Shown here in pieces: positions 27,501 through 40,212 of a stretch of 64,000 nt of DNA; position 1 is the first letter of the stretch, and each line of letters begins with the position of its first letter. A program made the position numbers and the translations under genes. Source of the DNA: Reclinomonas americana ATCC 50394 (Eukaryota); contig PS015039.1 in the NCBI GenBank assembly GCA_048213135.1, positions 180,619 through 244,618 of the forward strand. Direction: 5' to 3'. A model generated the notes under the pieces. The model ran no database searches. It saw only the letters and a list, made by a program, of their open reading frames with translations, and had not been told where the DNA came from.

Positions 27501-29914
27501 GAGGTTCTGAATGCGCCCCATGAGCATCAGCAGCAAGTCGCGCTCGTTGGTCGTCGGTTCGATCACGGAGCGGCTGTTGGAGGCACCGCTGCCCGGCTGC
27601 CGCGGGGGGAAGCCGAAGGGGAAGACGGCGTTGCCGAGGCGGCGGACGGCGGTGAACGAGGTGATGCCACGCTCCCAGTTGACCGTGGGACCATCGGCGC
27701 TGACCGCCGGGTGGAAAATGGCACTGGCCACGATGATTTCGCGCTGGTTGGTGGTCTCGTTGAGGTAGGTCTTGAGCGACAGTGACATCAACGACATTGG
27801 CGGTCCTTCGCCATTCGGCAGCGGCGGTTTCGCATCGAGGCTGATCGACTTGGGGTCGTTGATCGACAACTCGAAGCGCGAGTGCGACACTGGCACGCCG
27901 TCGACCGGTGCAAAGTTCCGCACGCGGATCCAGCACGGGCCGTGCAGTCGGCGCTTCAACAGCAGGCGCTCCAGCGACGACGACGTGCGACCAAACACGT
28001 GCGAGTACGTGCGGCCGGAGCACAGGTCCTCCGGGAAGGCCGGCTCTGTGTGGCACGATCGAGGAGGTTGGTGATGGGTTCTGCAATATGTACAAGAGAG
28101 GAGGCGTCGACGGTTGCACTCACCATTGCTGCTGTAGATCACCTTGATGTACTCGTGATTGTGGCGCGGCACATCTTCGAGCTCAAACGCGTAGCGGCGC
28201 TTGACGGGCTTCATGCGCACATTGCGCGCACGCACCTGCTCGACCATGACCGACACCACCTCCTCCATGACGTCGTCCGCAGAGGGATGGAAGTCGAGCT
28301 CGTTGCCGCGAATGTCGTGCGCAAACTCGCGTGGCAAGAAGAACAGCTCGCGCGGAATGTTGTCGACGACCAGACACACACTGCGCGCGGCACGCATACA
28401 AACACACAGGTGATCAGTGCAAGGGGCAGCGATGGGGAAGAGCTGCTTTGCATGCTCACCTGGCGTACTTGTTGGGCGCCACCTGCGCCTTGCAAAAGAG
28501 GTACACGCACGACGCATTGCGCTCGTACTCGTACGCATCAAAGAAGAAGAGTGACAGGGAGCCGTCGTCGGCCACTGGCAACTGTGCGCCGTCGTCACTC
28601 ATGATGGTGGCTGTGCGAGTGCGTTGTTGTGAGCGCGTGCATGATAAACATGGTGGTGCACACCGTGCGCGCNNNNNNNNNNNNNNNNNNNNGCGGCAGC
28701 CGCCTCGGCCGCAGCCTGTGACGAGCAACGGGTGAGACACCAATCGTGGCAAAAAAACACAAGGGAGAAAAATTACCTCGGCCAGCGTGGACGCCAGGGT
28801 GGGAGGAGCGGATTTGCGTTGCTGAGCAGCCTCTTGCAACTTTTGCAACACACTCGGATCCATCATCACGTCGTCACCATCGTCGTCCTCGCACGGGAAT
28901 TCGTCTGCCGAACTCGCGGTGGTGGCTGCTGTGGCGGCAGTCGGCGCGGCCGGTCGCTTGAACACCGGCACAGTCGGCACCAACTGCGCCGGTGCTACGG
29001 CAGTCGGCAGAATCGACTTCATGGGAATGGCGGAGACGAGAGGCGCCGGTCGATCATCAATCTCCGACAGCAGCGACTCGAGCAGCGCATCGGCATCGTC
29101 GCCACCGGCCGTCGACCCACCATTGGCCAACGCGGCCGCTGCAGCCGCCGCCGCCGCTCCAGCCGACGGCATCTTGGGGATCTCTGTCGCCGTCGGAACC
29201 AGTGCCGACAGACCGCCCACACCGGAGGTACTGCCCTTGTTGCCACCTGCGAGGAATGATGAGAAAGAGGAGAGAAACACGGGCGGGGCGAGCGACGCAA
29301 TCACGAACCGAGAAAGTAGCTGAAACTGCGCGGGTCCAGCTCAGCCCTCCTCCGTCGCGGCTTGCGCGGCTTCTTCTCCTTTTGCTCGCCTACACAGCGA
29401 AGTCAGTCCTCGGCTCACTGTCTCCACTGGAGAATTCTGCGCCACTCACCATCCTCCTCGCCCGCGCCGGGTCCTTCATCCGAACTGTACTCGTCGTAAA
29501 AGTCGTCCTCCATCTCCACGCGATTGCCGTCTATCGCACACACACACGCTCAGCATCACTCCAATGCACTCACTTGCCAACACACTCACACACACGCACC
29601 CTCGTCGACAATGAACCCGTCCATGTCCTCATCCTCATCCTCGTCCTCTTCCGGTTGCGGTCGCCGCCGAGGCGCGCTCTTCTTGCCCTTGGAGCGACGA
29701 CTACGTTGCCGAAACACACCCACATCATAGTCGCCCTCATCTCCACCCTCCTCCTCTTCATCCTCCACCTCATCCTCCTCCTCATCACGCCCCTGCACAC
29801 AACGACTGAGCAACACACACATAGAGAAGAGCGCGCATGAACCACGCAAACCTTTCCCTGCTTCAGGCGCTTCTTCGCCGCCAACTCACGCAACCACTCC
29901 TCGCGGTCGCCCAT
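24537..29914 (-). CDS. POLA1: DNA polymerase alpha catalytic subunit
   Basis: N-terminal [60 protein letters not shown] (26205-26226), [34 protein letters not shown]; region III lies on a flipped contig. Confidence 0.97.
26310..26840 (+). CDS. POLA1: POLA1 internal exons (end of region II and region III) on a gap-flanked contig in the opposite orientation
   Basis: [49 protein letters not shown]|gt; once flipped it joins the intron preceding the VVYGDTDS exon. Confidence 0.95.
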
Positions 29915-30027
29915 TTGAAGTCGCAAACACAAAAGTGAGAAGAAGAGCAACCCCGGACAATCCACCGCGCGCGGGAAGCTGACGTCATGCCGAATGTCCA
30001 ATCTGCAAAACTCACACTTTGATCGCG
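29915..30027. promoter_or_regulatory. Compact bidirectional promoter POLA1/lysA with E2F-like and CRE-like sites
   Basis: GCGCGGGAA 29969-29977 (TTCCCGC on the minus strand), TGACGTCA palindrome 29980-29987, CCAATC 29998-30003. Confidence 0.55.
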
Positions 30028-32723
30028 ATGAGTGCAGAGAGCGGTCTTGGCCAGCTGCAAACGTGAGAAAGAGAGAAAACGAGAGAGGCAAAGAGATAAA
30101 ACGCACTCATTTTACTCTCTGTCTCTCTTTTCTCAGGCTTGATCCCTCATGGTGGTGGATTCCGCACGCAGACGTGGTGCGATCTGCAGTGGAGGCACAC
30201 GGGTCGCCGCTGTATGTGTATCATGGGGACTCAGTGCGCGATAGAGCGCGTGAGCTGCGCGAGTCGTTGCTTGCGGAGAATGGAGGTCCACTGGCGCGTG
30301 TGTGGTACGCCATCAAGGCCAATGAGAACGTGCAGGTGCTGGACATTGTGCGGCGAGAGGGCATTGGATTCGAGTGTGTCAGCATTGGTGAGTGCGTCGA
30401 CGTCGGGGGGGGGGGGGGGGGGAGTTGTCAGACCATCTTGTCAGGTGCATGACGCGCGTGCAGAGGAGGTGCGGTTCGTCATGCAGCAGTTTNNNNNNNN
30501 NNNNNNNNNNNNNNNNNNNNNNNNNNNNNNNNNNNNNNNNNNNNNNNNNNNNNNNNNNNNNNNNNNNNNNNNNNNNNNNNNNNNNNNNNNNNNNNNNNNN
30601 NNNNNNNNNNNNNNNNNNNNNNNNNNNNNNNNNNNNNNNNNNNNNNNNNNNNNNNNNNNNNNNNNNNNNNNNNNNNNNNNNNNNNNNNNNNNNNNNNNNN
30701 NNNNNNNNNNNNNNNNNNNNNNNNNNNNNNNNNNNNNNNNNNNNNNNNNNNNNNNNNNNNNNNNNNNNNNNNNNNNNNNNNNNNNNNNNNNNNNNNNNNN
30801 NNNNNNNNNNNNNNNNNNNNNNNNNNNNNNNNNNNNNNNNNNNNNNNNNNNNNNNNNNNNNNNNNNNNNNNNNNNNNNNNNNNNNNNNNNNNNNNNNNNN
30901 NNNNNNNNNNNNNNNNNNNNNNNNNNNNNNNNNNNNNNNNNNNNNNNNNNNNNNNNNNNNNNNNNNNNNNNNNNNNNNNNNNNNNNNNNNNNNNNNNNNN
31001 NNNNNNCCGATGGTGAACGCGGCCACCGACATTCTGTTCACGCCCAACTTTTGCCACCTGCGCGAGTACGAGGAGGCGTTCGAGGCGGGCGTCGGATTCG
31101 TGACGATTGACAATGTGTCGCTGTTGGAGAGTGCGAGGTCGGCGCGCGTGTTTGCCGATCGGCAAGTGTTTGTGCGCATCGATCCGGGTGATGAGTTGAA
31201 GCGCGGCCATCACAAGAAGGTGCACACGGCGGGGCATGCGAGTAAGTTTGGCGTGGTGCTCGCCGACCTGCCGCGTCTGGCCGAGTTGGTGGCGCAGCAC
31301 AATGTGGTGCGTTGTGTTCTCCCCATCTTCTCCTCTCATTGTTTTTCCGACGGCGGCGACCACAGTCGGTCATTGGCGTGCATGCACACGTCGGCAGCGG
31401 CATTCACGACTCGGAGTCGTGGGCGCACACGCTGGCGGTGCTGGCCAAGGCCGCGAAAACACACTTTGCCGCCACACTCAAGTACATCAACATGGGTGGC
31501 GGACTGGGCATTCCCGTGCACCCTCTCGACCCGCCCCTGAACGTGCGCGCCGTNNNNNNNNNNNNNNNNNNNNNNNNNNNNNNNNNNNNNNNNNNNNNNN
31601 NNNNNNNNNNNNNNNNNNNNNNNNNNNNNNNNNNNNNNNNNNNNNNNNNNNNNNNNNNNNNNNNNNNNNNNNNNNNNNNNNNNNNNNNNNNNNNNNNNNN
31701 NNNNNNNNNNNNNNNNNNNNNNNNNNNNNNNNNNNNNNNNNNNNNNNNNNNNNNNNNNNNNNNNNNNNNNNNNNNNNNNNNNNNNNNNNNNNNNNNNNNN
31801 NNNNNNNNNNNNNNNNNNNNNNNNNNNNNNNNNNNNNNNNNNNNNNNNNNNNNNNNNNNNNNNNNNNNNNNNNNNNNNNNNNNNNNNNNNNNNNNNNNNN
31901 NNNNNNNNNNNNNNNNNNNNNNNNNNNNNNNNNNNNNNNNNNNNNNNNNNNNNNNNNNNNNNNNNNNNNNNNNNNNNNNNNNNNNNNNNNNNNNNNNNNN
32001 NNNNNNNNNNNNNNNNNNNNNNNNNNNNNNNNNNNNNNNNNNNNNNNNNNNNNNNNNNNNNNNNNNNNNNNNNNNNNNNNNNNNNNNNNNNNNNNNNNNN
32101 NNNNNNNNNNNNNNNNNNNNNNNNNNNNNNNNNNNNNNNNNNNNNNNNNNNNNNNNNNNNNNNNNNNNNNNNNNNNNNNNNNNNNNNNNNNNNNNNNNNN
32201 NNNNNNNNNNNNNNNNNNNNNNNNNNNNNGGCCGCCGCAGTGTCCGAGGCGGTCGCCGCCGCCGGCATTGACTCGATACAGCTGTGGATGGAGCCGGGGC
32301 GATTCCTCATCGCACAGGCCGGTATCCTCGTCACTCGCGTCACGCAGTGCAAGCACAAGGGCGAGGGTCACCACTACGTCGGCGTCGACACGGGCATGAA
32401 CTCGCTGATCCGACCCGCACTGGTGAGCTCGCCTCCACAGTGACGCACGCCAAGATTATGCTGCTGCTCACACAGATAGGGGGGCGCAGTACGAGGCCTA
32501 CCACCCCATTGTCAACCTGACGCGCGTGGACGCCCCCTGCGAGTGGCAACACTGCGATGTGGTCGGGCCAATCTGCGAGACCGGCGACATTCTCGGCCTC
32601 GATCGCTGTCTCCCCGCCACGCAACCCGACGACATTATCGTCATTGGCAACGCCGGTGCCTACGGTCGTTCCATGAGCTCCCACTACAACATGCGTGAGC
32701 CGGCCAAGGAGATCATGGTGTGA
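30028..32723 (+). CDS. lysA: Diaminopimelate decarboxylase (PLP fold III), LysAC-like subtype
   Basis: MSAESGLGQLQT|LDPSWWW..SPLYVY, YAIKAN (PLP lysine), FECVSIGE, ILFTPNF, GHHKKVHTAGHASKFG, HAHVGSG, MGGGLG, EPGRFL, GMNSLIRPAL, GPICETGD, NAGAYG..YN; two gaps. Confidence 0.93.
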
Positions 32724-32750
32724 GCAAAAAAGAATGCATTCGATTTGTGT

Positions 32751-33143
32751 TCACTGGCACACCAGCATCGCCAGTGCCCTTTCCACGTTTCCATCGCACT
32801 TTTTCAGTGCCTTCTTGGCCTCACTGCGCTCCAAGTCCAGCACCGTCGCCACCAGCGTCACATCATCACGCGACACTCGCACTCGTTCCCTGTGTGACAG
32901 CGTGTGTCAGAGAGTGTGCATGACACACACAGCAACACCTTCTTGACTCACCGCCCTGCATCCTCCCTCGGCTCACCGAGATCCGCCATGGCCTGAGCAG
33001 AGTGAGCAAAGAGAGACAGAGAGCGCGACATGTCATCTCACGCGCGCACTCACCGCCGCCACTCTTTGCTCGTCCATCAACACTTCCTCGGAGCCGCGCG
33101 CCTGCACGCTCTCCATCGCCGACGCTTGTCGCTGTGCGTCCAT
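32751..33143 (-). CDS. HYPK: HYPK-like NatA-associated chaperone (3 exons; missed by the ORF track)
   Basis: MDAQRQASAMESVQARGSEEVLMDEQRVAA|AMADLGEPREDAG|RERVRVSRDDVTLVATVLDLERSEAKKALKKCDGNVERALAMLVCQ*; UBA-like C-terminus typical of HYPK. Confidence 0.8.
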
Positions 33144-33572
33144 GTCTCTCTAAAGAAGAACAAAAGTATCACTGTGTTTTCATCGTCCACTCCAATCAAG
33201 CGAATCACACTTTGGTGGTGGGCGCTCAGACGAGGTGAGGTCACGCGCGCTAGTGTGCATGTACACACAGAGAGAAGAGAAAGACGCGCGTGCACACAGG
33301 CACACTGACAGAATGAGCGATTGATGATTTCTTGTGTGTGGAGAGAGTGGCGGGAAGATGGAAACAAATTCGCAGTGTCGCAAGAGTTTAAAGAAAAATG
33401 CAATTGTGTGTCGCAGTGTCGAGTCGCATGTGTAGAAAGTGTGTCGATGTGAGTGGAGAATGCGCGTGCGTGCGTTGTGTGTGCGTGCGTAATGGCCATG
33501 TCAACACTTGCCCCACACACACAAACGCAAGCGAGTTGTCTCTCACTTTGTGTTTCTGTGATCACGCAGAGC

Positions 33573-36500
33573 ATGTCGAGCAGGAAGCGACCGCCAGCAG
33601 AGGCTGCGGCGAGTGCGTTGGTTGTCCCGCCACCTGTGCTGGGCAAACGCGCTGCTGCCTCTGAGGACAACTCGCTTTCATCGTCGTCGTCGCCACCGCC
33701 GCACGAGCAGTGGAGCAACGGTGACAACGATGAGCCTCCGGCCAAGAAGCGACCAGGGTCTGTCTCGCGTGTCTGTGGCACAGTGGGAGAGAGAGAGAGA
33801 GAGTTGACTGACGGCGTGGCGTGTGCGCAGATCGAGTATCGACGATGCGGCGGCCTTGGCGATGATGCAGTTGGGATCGCCGGGCTCGACGGCGCGACCG
33901 TTGCGTGTTCTCTTCTGTGTGTTGTGGCTCACTGCTATCGTTTGTGCGCTCACTGTGCATCGGCGACTCGGCAGGCGCAAGAAGACCAAGACGATTGGGG
34001 GTGTCGCGTCGGCTGGCAAGTCCTCGTCGAAGAGTGCGCCGGCTGCGGTGCAGTCGCTGTCGACGCCACCGCCCACATCGCGGCGGCCCATCGTCCATCC
34101 GACGTCGACGCCTGTGCTTCCCGCAGATGACGGCTCGTTGTCGGCCGGCGATCAGAAGCTGATGCATGAGTTGATTCAGCAGATGGTGGCGTTGGATCCA
34201 GAAGGGGTCTACTATCCGCCAGTGCTGGTGGAGATGCTGCCGAACTACTTGGATGTCGTGCAGCAGCCGATCTCGGTGTCGGAGGTGGAGAGTCGTATCA
34301 GCCAGCGTTATTCGTCCTGGTCGGAATTCCTGGTGCGTCTTCGTAAGACCTCTCCCCTCTCCTCCTTCTCTCTCTCGCCTTATTCTCACTCGCGTTCTCC
34401 TCTTAACGCAGGGCGAATTGCGTCTCGTGTTTGTGAACGCCATGAGGTACAACGCGCCGAAATCCATCTTTCACGACATTGCGCGCGAATGCAACGACAC
34501 GATCTCGGCATTTGTGGACGCGCACGGACTGGGCAGTGTGGACCCGGGTCCCCGCGGCACCATTCCGTTTGTTCCCTTCGTACGGCCAGCAGCCTCATCG
34601 TCCAAGAAGAAGAAGAAGAAGGGACCGAGTACGCCGTCCACACCCGCGGTACGGCTCTTTGCGGACGAGGACGACGACGGCAGCGTGCACAAGAGCAGCA
34701 ACAACAAGAAGAAGAAGCAGTCAAAGGCGGCGGGGTCTGCAGGCGGCGTCGCGGCTGAGGATGCCGGCGCGTCGCCGTCGAGTCCGACCCTGCTGCGGTT
34801 ACCGCGCTTGTCGGTGTCGTTGAAGGTGGCCGAGTCGGAGGACGGGAATGGGCACGCCGGTGCAATGCCGCGGAGTGCCGGCCGTAGCGACAAGAAGAAG
34901 AAGAAGAAGGCATCGACTGCGGATGAGGTGCAGGGAATGGATGTTGATCCACAATCGCCGGCACCATCAGCCGGCGGTGGCGAGGCACAGCTCATCACGC
35001 CACCACAGCCGCCGTCACGCAATGCTGGTCGCGGATGTTTCGTACCGATGTTGTTGGGTTTTTTTGGTACGTTACTATTGATCGACTGACGCCCTCACGT
35101 CGCTGCAGCTGCACGCTTGTCGCTGGCAAGTCGCACCGTGCTGACCACCATGACCAGCATTGTGGACCGTCTTGTCAAGTTGCGTGGGCGACGCCTTTCG
35201 TGTCTCCGATGGCTGTTGCTGACCATGCTGGTTGCAGATTGGACGAATATCAAGTGTTTGTCGCACCGGTGGACCCGGTCGCTGTGCCGACGTACTACGA
35301 AGTCATCACGAGACCAATGGATTTGAGCACGCTGCGCTCCAATGTGGAAGCCGGTCACTTTAACACGCTGGAGGAGTTTGAGGTGTGTGGTCTGTGAGTG
35401 TGAAGAGTCTTATGACATAAAATCGACTCACATGGTGTCGGTGGGGATGTGTAGGAACCACTCATGTTGATCTTTGACAACGCCTCCGTCTTCAACCCGC
35501 CCTCCAGCATCTTTGCACAGGAGGCACAGCGTCTGCGTAACGAGGCTCTCAAGTTGCTCAAGGCCGCTCGAGGTGTGTTATGTGCACGCCCTCCTTTAAC
35601 AACCATGCCTGCCCTTCATTCATTCTGTACAAATCGCTCTGCAGCCGGGGAACCATTGTCGGTGACAACCGTCGCAACCCCTGCGTCGGTCGGCAAGGAC
35701 GCGTCGTCGCGGAAATCGGGCAGCCGGCAGGCCGTGGGCGGCACGCCTGTGCCATCGAACCGCGGCAGCACGAGTGTCACCACTACCACACCGTCGGCAA
35801 TGGTGAGCGAGTCGCCGCTCGCAGCTCCCGCGCCGCGCCGTGTGAGCGTAAGCAAGAAGGAGGTCGTCGCCCTCGCCTTCCCCATGTCGGAAGCGAAGCG
35901 CGCACGATACGTACAGCAAGTACCCGAGTCGTTCCAGTCGCAGATGTTGGCGCTGGTCGACAAGCTGGCGCGCAAGGACACACACCAATGGTTCGAAATG
36001 CCAGTCACCGACGATATTGCACCGGGCTACAGCAAGATCATTCGCAAGCCGATGGACTTTTACACGCTGCGCAACAATGTTCGCAGCGGGCTGTACGTGC
36101 ACTTTGAGGACTTTGAGGTGAGCGGGTGACGGTCTATTTGTGTTTGTGTGGCCTGCTCGTGTCTCACTGTGTGTGTGTGTTGGCACAGAAACACGCGCTT
36201 CTAATCTTTGACAATTGCACGACGTACAATGACGCCACGACTGAGTTCCACCAAGTGGCTCGCACGCTGCGCGAGGTGGCTGTGGAGTTGCTGGGCAAGC
36301 TGCGCGACAAGCTTGTCGCGCACAACACGACGGTGCTGGAGGCGGAGGAGAAGAAGTGGCAGATTGCGAATGGCATTTCTCCCACAGAAGGAGAGCGCAA
36401 ATCGCGACGTGCCAGCAAGAAGCGTGAAAAGGGTGAGATTCTCTACCCGACCGTGTGTTGTGTGATGCGAGTGGCGCTCACGTTAGCGGTGCAGAGGATG

Positions 36501-39398
36501 ATGTTGACGAGGGCTTTGGAGACGAGGATATTGACGAGGAGGAGTACGAGGAGATTCTCAAGCAGACGCTGTCGAAGATCAAGAGGTTTGTGCAAGAGAC
36601 GATCGTCAAGGAGACGTTGCCCGTGGGACTCATTGCTCGAATCGCAGGCACGATGCGGATCACCACTTTACGCACCCAGTCGACAAGAAGTTGTACAGCG
36701 ACTACTACGTCAAGATCGACAAGCCCAACGACTTTGGCACCACGTTGCGACGCATCAATCAAGGCCGATACCCCGAGTGGGTCGACTTCCGCGACGATTT
36801 GATGCTGATCTTTTCCAACGCAGAACGTGCGTGCCATCCACTGCGAAGATTCACACCATCGTGTGTTGTTGCCCATCGCCCTCCTTCAATGCAGGCTACT
36901 TTGGACCGTCGGATCCGCGACACAAGGCGGCGCAAATTCTGCGCACCCGTGCTGCGGGCATTCTGGACAAGGTGGCGGCCAAGTATGCCAAGTTGCCTCA
37001 GTTTATCGGTTCCACTGGCGGTAGCAGTGGCGGTGGCGCTGCTGCAAGTGGCGGCAGCTCCAGCTGGCCGAGGAAGCGAGAGTTGCGTGCTACACATGCG
37101 AAGATGATGATGCTGTGCAGCGTGCGTGTTGCTGACGACAATCCTGAACTGCGCAGGAGAGGCGAGAATCAAGTACCACTGTTCGGTGAGTTCCATGACC
37201 TGCGTGCCGTCCACTTTGCACTGCACATCTCTCTCTGCTCACGACCCATTTGCGTGCAGACAACTCTGCATATAGCATCATTCCCGCGGCATTCCGCAAT
37301 CCACCGACGTACATTGCAGCCGCTGGTGCGACCCTCAACCGTGTGTGCCACTACACCACACGATAGACTCATCACATCTCCCTTGGCTACAGACTGCCGT
37401 CACTGGCGTGGGTTTGTCGAGTATGTGGTGGCTCAGCTGCGCAAGTTGCGTCCTGGTGCTTCATGTCCGTGTTTTTCTGCGTGCGTCTCACCTCGTGGCG
37501 CAGATTGGATCCTGGCAACAAGTTCGCGGTGCTGCCGCGCGAGGAGACGTACCGACAGGTGGTGTTTTCGCCAGTGGACTGGGCATTTATCAACGAGCGA
37601 CTGACGTCAGCCTCGTACCGTTCCACCCGTACTGTCCGGGTACGTCTCTTGCATTCTCCCCATCCATTCACGGTGACGCTGACATTTCTTCCCCTGACGA
37701 CACACAGCGCGACATTTGGCTCATGTGTCACAACGCCGTCATGTTCTTCCCGGTGGATACGGAAATGTTCAACGCCGCCGAGTCGCTGTACCACACCGCC
37801 ATGGCGCGGCTGTCAGACATTGAGGAAGTGGCGCAAAAGGAGGTCGACGCCAATGGCCTCTTCACCTTCGAGTCCGACTTCCACGTGCCGGAACGTGCCA
37901 CCTGGCCACCCATGCCGCCGCGTCCGGTGACGCGCCCGGGCGAGCTTGGTCGCACGCAGTCGTCCTCTCAGCCGGCGCAGCGCGGTTCTGCTGCTGTGTC
38001 GCGCACGGGTGCACCTGTGGCCGGAGGCAATCCGGCGCTGATGGTGCCACCATCACTGCAGACGAATCCCTTCGCCGCCATGGCAGCAGCGGCTGCGGCT
38101 GCGATTGCTGGTCGACCGATTGGTGGCATGGCGGCGGCGCAGAATGTGGACCCCCTGCTGCGTCGGGTGCCCGGACCTGGCGGCCACGAGGTCTCCATTC
38201 GAGTGCCGCAGCATATTGCCCACGTGTACCCGCCTCCCGTGTACTTTGAGCCGGTGTGTTGTCGTCTTCCTGTATTCTTTCTTTTTGTGCAGGCATTGGC
38301 TGAACTTATTGTCGCGCGCGCACAGATTGGAGTGCCTGTGAACGGCCAGCAGAACTATCGTGTGATTTTCCCACCCGAACCGCCAGCTCCCGCTCCCGCA
38401 CCACCACCACCGCCGACCATTACTCGCACCGACGTTCAGCGCTTCATGACCACGAAGGTTGGCAAGTTCCTCGAGGACCACGGGCTGAGAAAAGTCGCCG
38501 ACATGGTACGAGTGCCGTTCCGGGAATGCGCACCACGTGCATCATCGCTCGACGCGAACCTCCCTTCGTCGTCGTCGGCGGCGGCAAGCGCAAGCGGCTG
38601 GTGAGTTGTATGTTGCTGATGGCTTGTTGGTGTGCGTGTGTGTGGCTCGCCGACTCATCGACTGCATTTGACAATAGGCGTGCCGCAACGAGTGCGACAG
38701 ACGATGCCGACGAGCTCCACCGACTGTCAGCTGCATTCGCGGTCTTTGCGAACCGTCACCCGGTGCGATCCGCAGACGCGGATGGAACCATGCAACATGA
38801 AGTCAGCGCACTCGCCCGGGCACTGGTCTGCATTTTTTGCTTGTGAAGTCGAAGCGGATGCGTGTGCGCAAGGATGCTCACCGCGTTGCGCGCAGTTGTC
38901 GGACCTACAAGCCGATGGCGCGGTTGTCGCCAGTGCTGCTCATGACGGCGACGACGATGACGACGCAATGCATGTCGACGCCCTCATTACGCTGAATCGC
39001 AGCCTGATTGATCGAGCAATCGCCGCTCCTCGCACGCGTTTGCGTGGCATTGGTTGGTGATGCCTCTGCGTTGGTACTGTAGTTCTACCCCCTGTGCCAT
39101 CTCTCACATAGGTCGCTTTCGCTCTTTCTGCAGATCCTGTAATGGCGCACTCGCTGGCGTCGCTGACCAGAAGAATGACGCCGGACTTGTACTTGCAAAA
39201 GGTTTGTGTTGCGGCGCACACTGCATCCACTGCATCGTGCCACCTTCTCACTCACCGCATCGACAGTGCGGTGCTGTTCCCCGGGCACCTGTGCCGCCCC
39301 CGCCCCCACCGGCACCGCCAGCATTGGAAGTGCCGCTGCTCGTGCAACCGGTGCAAGGCGATGTGGAGATGGCAGAGAGCAGCATAAGTAGCACATAA
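33573..39398 (+). CDS. Protein with five bromodomains and low-complexity linkers
   Basis: BD1 PNYLDVVQQPIS..NAMRYN; BD2 PTYYEVITRPMDL..NASVFN; BD3 PGYSKIIRKPMDF..NCTTYN; BD4 DYYVKIDKPNDF..NAERYF; BD5 TYRQVVFSPVDW..NAVMFF. No BAH or HMG motif recognised. Confidence 0.9.
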
Positions 39399-39719
39399 AC
39401 AGACAATGTTTCCGATCGCTACACTTCCGACGGGGGTGCGGATGGTGGCGTACTCTGCAGAATGTGTCGAATGATGGCCAACACCAGTGACAGTGGATCG
39501 CGTNNNNNNNNNNNNNNNNNNNNNNNNNNNNNNNNNNNNNNNNNNNNNNNNNNNNNNNNNNNNNNNNNNNNNNNNNNNNNNNNNNNNNNNNNNNNNNNNN
39601 NNNNNNNNNNNNNNNNNNNNNNNNNNNNNNNNNNNNNNNNNNNNNNNNNNNNNNNNNNNNNNNNNNNNNNNNNNNNNNNNNNNNNNNNNNNNNNNNNNNN
39701 NNNNNNNNNNNNNNNNNNN

Positions 39720-40156
39720 GACATTTGCAGTGCTCCACTCAGCAGCGCCGCCAGCAGGTGTCTCTGCCTCACAGTTGGTTCTTCGCGCCTTCTCCTCTGC
39801 ACCTCCGTCGCCGCCTCGCCTGCGCATCGGTGGTGAGTGAAACGAGACTACGACAGCAGAAGAAGCGACGAGAGAAAACACAACGATTGGCCTGCATCAA
39901 CCGCGACCACCGACCCTCTGCTCGCTCCACCAGCTGCTCCTGCCGACGCAACAGTCGCCGCTGCAGCGCAGCACTCACAGCATGATCGGCGCCCGTCAGA
40001 GCCACCACGCGCGACTTGTCCACACTCTGCAGCAGCGCACGCATGTCAGCGAGGACACAGAGAAGCAAGGAGCGAGGGAAGAGCAACTGGTGAGTGGAGC
40101 ACGTCCTCCACAGCCACACGCAGTCGTCGGCGAACAACACGCGGGTTCTCCTCCAT
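39720..40156 (-). CDS. Possible 5' part of a hypothetical protein running into the gap
   Basis: ATG at 40156 divergent from the SGNH gene, with splice-like signals; exon structure not resolved. Confidence 0.3.
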
Positions 40157-40212
40157 CACAGCACGAAGACAATCAGCAGCGAGTCACTCTGTCATCCTAA
40201 TTGTTTTGTGCG

